Origin: a virus
Taxonomy: Duplodnaviria > Heunggongvirae > Uroviricota > Caudoviricetes
Reading direction: 5' to 3' (one strand)
IMG/VR virus record: IMGVR_UViG_3300037466_002980
Span: 32,001 to 96,000 of that record
Length of the DNA: 64,000 nucleotides
Position numbers and translations under genes: made by a program. Shown here piece by piece: positions 56,905 through 64,000 of this stretch. The notes beneath the pieces were generated by a model. The model had not been told where the DNA came from. It worked only from the letters and a program-made list of their open reading frames with translations, and made no database searches. Numbering within the stretch: the stretch's first letter is position 1; every line of letters starts with the position of its first letter.

Positions 56905-57401
56905 ATTGTATCTATCCTTGAAAAGCTCACATTTTGTGCCCACCCACTTGGACTTCCTGTAACAGTTGTAATTCTAACACCACTCGGAATAATCACACCA
57001 TCTAGATCATCAATTAATAATCCGACAGGTCCGGGAGTACCATACGGGGTGAAATTATAAAATTGAACCCCTCTTTCTACAGCGAATTTCCAAATGAATC
57101 CTTCACCTGATAATTCCGAAGTATAATCTGATAGCTGAACGACAGGAATTGGATCTTGAAGGACTACCGGCATGGCTCGTAATCCGATGCTCATCAAGAA
57201 TACTTCAAAATTCTTTTGACTTTCGTCTAATGGATTTCCTGTTACCTGAATATTAACTAATCTTGTTAATTCTTCATTTACCGGAGGATTTGGATTAGGA
57301 TCAGTAAAGCACAATGGAGAAGAAGCATAGCAGACGTAATACTGCAAATCGGCCGTTAAATTCTGCATTGCAGAAGCTGCACCATGAACTTTTGTAACCA
57401 T
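56901..57401 (-). CDS. Virion structural protein (paralog 3, MVTKVHG)
   Basis: Shared N-terminus with the next two genes; late motifs at 57422 and 57459. Confidence 0.6.
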   Translation of the reverse strand: MVTKVHGAASAMQNLTADLQYYVCYASSPLCFTDPNPNPPVNEELTRLVNIQVTGNPLDESQKNFEVFLMSIGLRAMPVVLQDPIPVVQLSDYTSELSGEGFIWKFAVERGVQFYNFTPYGTPGPVGLLIDDLDGVIIPSGVRITTVTGSPSGWAQNVSFSRIDTI

Positions 57402-57490
57402 AGATACCCTTTTTCTAATCCTATTTACCAACAGTAAATAAGTTCTATCAATTTTCTATATTTATCAATATTTTGAGTTCTTAGATAAAA

Positions 57491-57515
57491 AGAAAGCACC
57501 CGAAGGTGCTTCTTC
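57491..57515 (-). terminator. Rho-independent terminator with cUUCGg loop
   Basis: AAGCACC-TTCG-GGTGCTT followed by a T-rich tract on the minus strand. Confidence 0.85.
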
Positions 57516-57533
57516 TTTAATATCAATAGCTTA

Positions 57534-58109
57534 TTAGGCCAAGGTATAATATGTTAATGATCCAAGGGAGAATGATACTTCAGTTACCGTTGCTGTGCTG
57601 AAATTTGCTGTTGCAGTTACAGGAGCAGTAGTTGGACTAGGCGCACCACCAACTGAAACATACACGGTTACGCTACCTAATGCACGAATTGCTGTTTGCA
57701 TTTCGGTTGCAGCATGTGTTGGTGTTGTTGGTAATTGATCTTCATCAGCATTTGCTGGTGCTGTATTGTAATCTGGATAATCAGATCCCCAACCAAAACT
57801 TGAAGCTGAAACTGCAATATCAATTTCCGTTGTATTTCCGGCTAATGACGGAGCAAGTCCAATTAATACAATATCCGCTTGTTTACTTACTTCTCTTAAT
57901 GCAAGTTCGGCAGCACTTAACGGAACCGGATCACCACTGCCTACCACAAAATAAGTAGTTGCAGGTGTTGCGCCACCTGTGACGCTAACTGGTAAATTTA
58001 CAGTACCATCAGAAACTGTCCATGCAAAAGGTCCCACAATTTTAAAGAACCTCATACCACCAGTTAATGTCTGTTGATTTATAATACCACCATTTACTCG
58101 AATTGTCAT
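57534..58109 (-). CDS. Virion structural protein (paralog 2, MTIRVNG)
   Basis: Ala/Thr-rich; own late motif at 58142 and terminator. Confidence 0.65.
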   Translation of the reverse strand: MTIRVNGGIINQQTLTGGMRFFKIVGPFAWTVSDGTVNLPVSVTGGATPATTYFVVGSGDPVPLSAAELALREVSKQADIVLIGLAPSLAGNTTEIDIAVSASSFGWGSDYPDYNTAPANADEDQLPTTPTHAATEMQTAIRALGSVTVYVSVGGAPSPTTAPVTATANFSTATVTEVSFSLGSLTYYTLA

Positions 58110-58170
58110 AATTTGTTTCTCTCAAAAGAATAGTTCGAATATATTTATCAATATTTGTTTAATTACAAAT

Positions 58171-58198
58171 AATAAAAGGGACCGAAGTCCCTTTTATT
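58171..58198 (-). terminator. Rho-independent terminator with cUUCGg loop
   Basis: AAAAGGGAC-TTCG-GTCCCTTTT. Confidence 0.85.
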
Positions 58199-58216
58199 GT
58201 TAGGATTAATCCTAAA

Positions 58217-58804
58217 TTAGGCAGAAGCCAATTCAGTTGGGTAATAACCCGAGGAACCCATTGGGTTAGTAGCAGTACCAGGACCGTTACCATCAGCCCA
58301 AAGGTCAAGATCACCGTTACCATATGTAGCAACTGACATCTTACCGTCAAATGCAGCAAACTTCATATCGAAGGTAACTGCGCTTGGCTTAACTGTAACT
58401 AATGCACCAAGAACGTTTGTTGGTGCTGCGCCAGCTGTTGTGACAACCGCTTCTGCGTTTGAAACTGCATTACCTGTAGAGATAATACCGTTTACATCAG
58501 AAATCCAACCTTGTGCAAAACCTAACATAACATCAACGCTATACGAAGACGAATCGTATTTGGAAACGCCAAGAACTGTAGATTTTGTTTCGAGTATCTT
58601 AAGAGCTTGAACTAAAGCACTTTCAACAACGCCGAAAGTAGAATCGGCAACTGTTCCAGCACCTGCGGCAGTTGTAGTTCCGAGAACGTACAAATCGGTT
58701 GCTGCAAGAGCAGAAATATCCTTACTGAAAACAAGTTTAACAAAAGCTACTTGCTTTTCGACCCAAATGCCTTGGTAGGCTGCGCCATTAACTTTTTGTG
58801 TCAT
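58217..58804 (-). CDS. Abundant virion structural protein (paralog 1, MTQKVNG)
   Basis: AAGGAG RBS, late motif at 58852, terminator, Ala/Thr/Val-rich. Confidence 0.65.
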   Translation of the reverse strand: MTQKVNGAAYQGIWVEKQVAFVKLVFSKDISALAATDLYVLGTTTAAGAGTVADSTFGVVESALVQALKILETKSTVLGVSKYDSSSYSVDVMLGFAQGWISDVNGIISTGNAVSNAEAVVTTAGAAPTNVLGALVTVKPSAVTFDMKFAAFDGKMSVATYGNGDLDLWADGNGPGTATNPMGSSGYYPTELASA

Positions 58805-58895
58805 TTTAAAAATCTCCTTAATCTTTGACAGGATTCACCTGTTCATAATTTTATTTATCAGAATTGGAAAAATAATGACTAATTTCTGCCGATTT

Positions 58896-59114
58896 TCAAT
58901 CAATTAAATCGTTAAGGCTGAGATTGATTTGTTTGAGTAAATTATCAAAATGTTTTCTTTGTTTCATTCCTTGTTTCCAAGATTTGATAATTTGATTTTT
59001 AATTCTAGTAGAATTAATATCGGAACCTGTATCAGTCTTAAGTCTACTAAGAAGCTTAAGATATTGACTTGATTTTAAGACATCATTCAATGACACAAAT
59101 TCATCTAAACGCAT
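58896..59114 (-). CDS. Small late protein
   Basis: MRLDEF; late motif at 59132. Confidence 0.55.
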   Translation of the reverse strand: MRLDEFVSLNDVLKSSQYLKLLSRLKTDTGSDINSTRIKNQIIKSWKQGMKQRKHFDNLLKQINLSLNDLID

Positions 59115-59130
59115 ATCGGTTCCAAAATAC

Positions 59131-60384
59131 TTATTTATCCTTTTTGTTTCTTCCTAGATGTTTGAATTCTGATTGTTTATTCAGTCCTTCACTTAATAGT
59201 AAGAATAGATCTTTTATTTCTTCGTTAGTGGTCTTTCTTCCAAACCAATTAGGTTTTTGCTTCGGCTGAATTTCATCAGCAAATTCATCTTGCATGAAAC
59301 TAATAATCTCACTCTGAAGATTATTTTTCTTAATATAATTTACAATTTTCATTACTGCTTCACTATTTCCAGGAGAAGCATAACCATTCTTATCAGCACC
59401 AAATACTTGTTGAAACACCTTGTTAATATCAGAATCTTCAAAAGAGAAACGCTTCTTTAAAATATATTCCAGATCACGTGTATCATCGGGATATCCAGCA
59501 TCTTTCCATGCTTGCATTAGATCTTCAAAGCTAACTTTCGGTGTCTTTTTCCAGAATGATGAAATTCCATTGTTTTTATATTCCGCTGCGGCCTTAAAAA
59601 CAGCCTTAGCATCTGCAGAAGTGACCTGCGATTCTTGAACAACTTCGTTTAACGCTCTCCAAAGTTGTTTCCTTTGTTCCGGAGTCATTACATCTCGAAT
59701 TGTTCTTTTTAATTTTCTAACGTCCTCTTCTTTTTTTAATTTTTCTTTCTCTGGATCAGCAGTTGGTTCCTTTTTAGGTTCCTGTTCGGGTTCTTGCTGA
59801 CTAGATAAAAGATTAAGAATTTCTTCAACATCTTTTTCGGATAATGTCGCACCCTGTTCGTCGGTGATCTCTTCTTTTAAATTTCGGCTTTTTAAATGAC
59901 CTGCCATTTGTGAAAACGCTTGCTTACCCATTTTCTTTTGGTTGGCAATTTCAGCACGACGTTGTCTTTTTCTTATAGCATCCGGTGTCTGAGATAATTC
60001 GTCTTCTTCAGAATCAGGTGCTTGTGTATTCTGTGTTGGTGCTGGCAATTGTGCCGGTGTAGGTGCAGATATTTGTTTTACATCTTGTGGATTAACATCT
60101 TTAGGTTCAACATCTTGAATATCATCTGTATTGTTTGTTTGTTGATTAGAAGTGGTAGATAATTCTGTAGAAGAACTTATTTTATTCTTCAATACTGTTT
60201 CAATTGCTGATGTTATTTTTTGTTCATCAAAATTAGTGGACGACCTTAGAAAGTGTAATAAATCTTCAACGCGCACTGGTCGTCGATAATCTAATTTTCC
60301 ACTTGGATCAGATTTCATGGAAACAATTTGACTATTCTTTAGATATTGTATCCAATTTTTAATAATTCTTTTATCAACTTGCAT
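59131..60384 (-). CDS. Late hypothetical protein
   Basis: 417-aa ORF with low-complexity linkers. Confidence 0.6.
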   Translation of the reverse strand: MQVDKRIIKNWIQYLKNSQIVSMKSDPSGKLDYRRPVRVEDLLHFLRSSTNFDEQKITSAIETVLKNKISSSTELSTTSNQQTNNTDDIQDVEPKDVNPQDVKQISAPTPAQLPAPTQNTQAPDSEEDELSQTPDAIRKRQRRAEIANQKKMGKQAFSQMAGHLKSRNLKEEITDEQGATLSEKDVEEILNLLSSQQEPEQEPKKEPTADPEKEKLKKEEDVRKLKRTIRDVMTPEQRKQLWRALNEVVQESQVTSADAKAVFKAAAEYKNNGISSFWKKTPKVSFEDLMQAWKDAGYPDDTRDLEYILKKRFSFEDSDINKVFQQVFGADKNGYASPGNSEAVMKIVNYIKKNNLQSEIISFMQDEFADEIQPKQKPNWFGRKTTNEEIKDLFLLLSEGLNKQSEFKHLGRNKKDK

Positions 60385-60652
60385 CTAGATCGTCGTCCGG
60401 GCATCCATTTTTAATTCGATTTACCATCCTTGTAAATCTATTCGGATCTGAGCCGCGTATGCTGGACATAAATCTTTTCTTCAACGATTCAGCTTCTTCG
60501 GGAGAAAAGGTTTCGTCGATAGACTCCAATAAGTTTATCGCCGAAACAATTATATGCTGAGCTCTAGTTTCGATAAGATCTTCTTTACTTTTTTGTGGTA
60601 CATAAGAACTTATTTCTTCTAAAATAGATCTACTTCTACGATTTATAGACAA
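60374..60652 (-). CDS. Late hypothetical protein
   Basis: RSILEEI...SAINLLE...SIRGSDP.RF; late motif at 60677. Confidence 0.6.
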   Translation of the reverse strand: MSINRRSRSILEEISSYVPQKSKEDLIETRAQHIIVSAINLLESIDETFSPEEAESLKKRFMSSIRGSDPNRFTRMVNRIKNGCPDDDLDAS

Positions 60653-60714
60653 TTTATGTCTCCAATTTATTTCAACTATTTATCAAGATTCATTGGAATT
60701 CAATTATAGTCATA

Positions 60715-62145
60715 TTATCGCTTCTTCAGGAAGGATCTTAATACGGCAGCTGATTCTAATGTGTTCGGTTTTTCTTTAATTCCGCCCATATTTGTAATTT
60801 CCCCAGAATCTGGGTCAATTTTTTCTCCTGCCTTAACCACACTCTTTTTCTTGAGTGCTTCATAGATATTTTTCGAAGTTGCCGTAACGGTATTATCATC
60901 GTCCTCTTCGAGATCATAAATTCTCAAACTCTTATTATTGAATGCTAAATCGATTTTTGATCCAACACCAGAACTTGAACGTGTTTTCATAAATTGTATT
61001 TGATAACGTCCACTTTCTTTCATAGCCGCACTGGTAAAAATACCAATTACGTTATCGGCTGTATTAACCTTCGAAATACCACCAGCAATGTGACTCGGAT
61101 CAAATTCAATTTCTTCATAAGATCCTCTGTTTAACTGTGAAGCCGAAACACATAATATATTCAGTTCAACTGCAAGATTTCGTAATTCTTCAGTAACATA
61201 TTTGTCCTTCACGAATAAATTTTCTGCTGATACTTTCCTTGAAATTGGGAACATTAAGTCAAGGTAATCAACAAGAATTGCATCAACTTTTTTTCCAGAA
61301 TGTATTTCGTATTCTTTAATAAATGCCCTAACATCATTAGAAGTGCATCCATTTGGTAATTGCTTAATTCTTAACGAACCATGACTCTTCTGTTGTGACG
61401 CCCTAATCTTCATATGAACGTCTTCGATGTTTTTCATAATTTCTCTTGTTTCATAACCAGTGTGCATTGCATCAATACGCATGGCACACAGTTTTTCACT
61501 AAGTTCTAATGATAGATACAAAACATTTAATCCAGCCGTTGCCCAATTTACTGCCAAATTTTGCAAAAATAATGACTTTCCTGCTCCAGACTGTCCAGCA
61601 AAAATAGTTATTTCGCCTCTGTTCAGTCCGCCAAAAAGTTTATCATCAACTGCTCTCCAATAGGTTGGTAATTGTCCTTTGTTTTCTTTCAATGCCTCTA
61701 ATCTAGATTTTGGATTTTCGTAATAATCTAATCCTAAATCTTTAACCAATGCAATCTGAACTGCTTCCTTGACTGCTGTTTCCACTTCTCCATAACGACC
61801 CTGGTCGAGTAATTCCGGAGATGCCAGGATAGCATCCCTTAAAGACTTATATCTACAGAATAATTCTATTTCTTTTAGAAACCATCTATCCTCCTTGGCT
61901 GCAATTTCTGGAATTAATTCTATATCTTTTCCTGTAATTGCCTTAATCTGATCTACAGAAGGCATTGCAGAATATTGTGTAAAATGTGAATTAATTATTT
62001 TCACAACTTCTCTGTTTTGATTATTATCAAAGAAACTGTCCTTTAATATTCCGGAACATCTAACAAATAATTCGTGATTACTCAACATAAATTGTAGAAA
62101 TAATGTTTCTACTTCGGGTGTATATTCTAAAATTTCACTTTGCAT
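60715..62145 (-). CDS. Replicative DNA helicase (DnaB / T4 gp41-like)
   Basis: GQSGAGKS, SLEL, VDYLDL, SASQLNR, KTRSS. Confidence 0.95.
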   Translation of the reverse strand: MQSEILEYTPEVETLFLQFMLSNHELFVRCSGILKDSFFDNNQNREVVKIINSHFTQYSAMPSVDQIKAITGKDIELIPEIAAKEDRWFLKEIELFCRYKSLRDAILASPELLDQGRYGEVETAVKEAVQIALVKDLGLDYYENPKSRLEALKENKGQLPTYWRAVDDKLFGGLNRGEITIFAGQSGAGKSLFLQNLAVNWATAGLNVLYLSLELSEKLCAMRIDAMHTGYETREIMKNIEDVHMKIRASQQKSHGSLRIKQLPNGCTSNDVRAFIKEYEIHSGKKVDAILVDYLDLMFPISRKVSAENLFVKDKYVTEELRNLAVELNILCVSASQLNRGSYEEIEFDPSHIAGGISKVNTADNVIGIFTSAAMKESGRYQIQFMKTRSSSGVGSKIDLAFNNKSLRIYDLEEDDDNTVTATSKNIYEALKKKSVVKAGEKIDPDSGEITNMGGIKEKPNTLESAAVLRSFLKKR

Positions 62146-63196
62146 ATTTTATTCTTCTCATTCGTTCGTGTTGTTCGATATCCCATTTAACTGTAATTTT
62201 TTCTTTTCCTGATATTCTTGATTGTATTATAGAATATAGAGTCAACAATTTTCCATATTTCTCAGACGCTTTTGCAGCATCCTTGATATCTCTTTCCCAG
62301 CGTGGAAAAGAAACAGCCCAATCATTTTCGATTGCAACTTTAACTAAATCCTCGCCTTTCTTATCTCTATCTGGACATACTATTATTTCTTTATTTAACT
62401 TATTAATAATATCGACCTTATTTTGACCGACTTCTCCAAGTACACTCACACCATCAGTTACCCACGCATCAAGAACACCTTCAGTTACAATAAGGTATTT
62501 ACGTGACCATTCTTGTTGATTATCAAGGTTATAAACAAAATCAGTCGGGCATTGTTGATAATATTTCGGTATAATCTTCTGATCAATATCGTATGAAAGT
62601 CTTGCCGTAAATCCAACTATATTATTTCGATATTTGTACGGAATAATAAGACGTTCATTTAAATGATTATCTGTTATTGGCGTCCAATAAAAATTTTCAA
62701 GATTATAAATTTTTCGCTGAAGTGCATAATTGACAACTTTCAGAAAATTCGGATCATCTAATCCGTGTTCTAACCATTGTTTTATTGATAGTGAATTTTC
62801 AGGTAATTCGATTCCTTCCCATCTTTGAAATAATGATCTTAATTTCGATTCTCTATCCTCTTCACCATCTTTAGTTATTCTAAGATTATTTCTTTCTCTA
62901 AAAATTTCGAATTCAATGTGTTTGATAAATTTTTCATCAATACCAAGATGTCTTAAGAAAAATTTAAATGAATCTGAAAGTTCCTTTCCTTCTGAATATC
63001 CAGCAGAAAATCCACAATTAAAACAATTAATTGCAATTGATTGTGGATTTAACTGGATACCTAATCGATTTCTTGTATCTTTTCCGTGGCCACGAGATGT
63101 ACATAAGAAACAGCACCTCTTCTGCCAATTCTTTGGTGCGGATTTAAGTGGTCCGATATTTTGAAGTATGGATTCTTTTAATAGATCTGTAATCAT
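62135..63196 (-). CDS. DNA primase (T4 gp61-like)
   Basis: N-terminal Zn motif (C..C, CFNC), TEGVLDA TOPRIM, PDRD, KDA. Confidence 0.9.
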   Translation of the reverse strand: MITDLLKESILQNIGPLKSAPKNWQKRCCFLCTSRGHGKDTRNRLGIQLNPQSIAINCFNCGFSAGYSEGKELSDSFKFFLRHLGIDEKFIKHIEFEIFRERNNLRITKDGEEDRESKLRSLFQRWEGIELPENSLSIKQWLEHGLDDPNFLKVVNYALQRKIYNLENFYWTPITDNHLNERLIIPYKYRNNIVGFTARLSYDIDQKIIPKYYQQCPTDFVYNLDNQQEWSRKYLIVTEGVLDAWVTDGVSVLGEVGQNKVDIINKLNKEIIVCPDRDKKGEDLVKVAIENDWAVSFPRWERDIKDAAKASEKYGKLLTLYSIIQSRISGKEKITVKWDIEQHERMRRIKYAK

Positions 63197-63264
63197 AGAA
63201 TAACTGTAACAGATTTTCGTCGAAAAATCAACGTTTCTGTTGGGCAGTTATTTATACCTTTATC

Positions 63265-63999
63265 TTACATTCTAACAATAAGTTTATCTAATGTTCCGGG
63301 ATCTAACACAGCCTTAGATGGGAAATATCTAAATTTCAACCACATAAAATTTGCCTGGAATGTCCATGCCTGTGTACCAGTATAATTGATATACTGTATA
63401 TCGGTTGCTAACGATGATGGATAAATTTTAACCCATCGAGTGCTATTTAAATAGGCATCCGGAGTCTCTTCTAACGTTCCCCAGATTTCTAAAGTTCCAG
63501 TGAATCCCTGTGTATAAGTTGAAAAACTATGAACTGAATCTTTATGATTAAGAACTCTTGCACCCGGAATTCGTGGAGAATAAAAACAAGGTTGTGGAGC
63601 ACCCATTATAGGAACAATTAAATCTGGTGTCCAATCACCCGGAAGAAGTGTTATACCAACCGGTGGTTTAACCAGTCCCTGTTCGGTGATTTCAATTTGC
63701 ATTGTAATATTATCATTGTAATCAGTGAAGAGTGGTTTCTCGACATAGTACCCCGGTATATCAGATATAAATTCTTGCGTTCTAACCAATACCATCTGAT
63801 ACATACCGGCTGGTAAATCAATTATATCACCGGCATCAATCTTCAATTTCACAAGACCCTTAGCAGGTCCAAGATAACATAGTTTCTCGAACACAATATC
63901 TCTATTCTGCGTATCAACAATTCTAGCAAAAACCTGATATCCACATGCGACATCTACTGGATTTCTATCAGGTCCTAGAACTCTGAAAATTAATTCATT
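63265..63999 (-). CDS. Probable virion structural protein, 5' end beyond the window
   Basis: Frame stays open upstream of 63894 to the window edge (NELIFRVLGPDRNPVD...). Confidence 0.6.
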   Translation of the reverse strand, partial: NELIFRVLGPDRNPVDVACGYQVFARIVDTQNRDIVFEKLCYLGPAKGLVKLKIDAGDIIDLPAGMYQMVLVRTQEFISDIPGYYVEKPLFTDYNDNITMQIEITEQGLVKPPVGITLLPGDWTPDLIVPIMGAPQPCFYSPRIPGARVLNHKDSVHSFSTYTQGFTGTLEIWGTLEETPDAYLNSTRWVKIYPSSLATDIQYINYTGTQAWTFQANFMWLKFRYFPSKAVLDPGTLDKLIVRM

Positions 64000-64000
64000 G

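Noticed and set aside
2152-62426. Many short ORFs antisense to or nested in long genes (e.g. 3267..3674, 16969..17295, 49813..50193, 54283..54675)
   Set aside because: They shadow well-supported genes, lack RBS or motifs, and have the composition of reverse-frame artefacts
1-64000. Stop-codon reassignment, as in some large phages
   Set aside because: Conserved genes are full length in the standard code, and TAA, TAG and TGA all act as stops

Overview
A 64-kb, AT-rich, gene-dense segment of a large T4-related (jumbo-type) myovirus genome, almost all on the minus strand and readable in the standard genetic code. Core genes: clamp loader, gp41-like helicase, primase, ATP-dependent ligase, NrdAB, ThyA, dCMP deaminase, nucleases, PAAR and a virion/head block at about 51-64 kb. 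It carries many host-like auxiliary genes: PhoH, GroES, ClpP/ClpX/ClpS, Hsp20, ribosomal protein bS21, SOD, IscA, FolE+QueD, PrkA/YeaG-YeaH-SpoVR, NAMPT + NadM-Nudix, and a saccharopine dehydrogenase-like enzyme. Two promoter classes are visible: sigma70 consensus and a T4-like late motif GATAAATA. The most unusual items are (1) a 134-nt tRNA-Lys(CUU)-like RNA with a ~60-nt hairpin inserted in the D-loop (24041-24174), (2) a MotA/ExbB + ExbD/MotB-like(YfaP-domain) + membrane-protein triad between folE and queD, (3) structured leaders on the homing endonuclease, hsp20, folE and NAD genes, (4) a capsid-fragment-like mini-protein beside GroES, and (5) two dispersed motif families of small proteins. 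All calls come from reading motifs by eye; no searches or folding programs were run.
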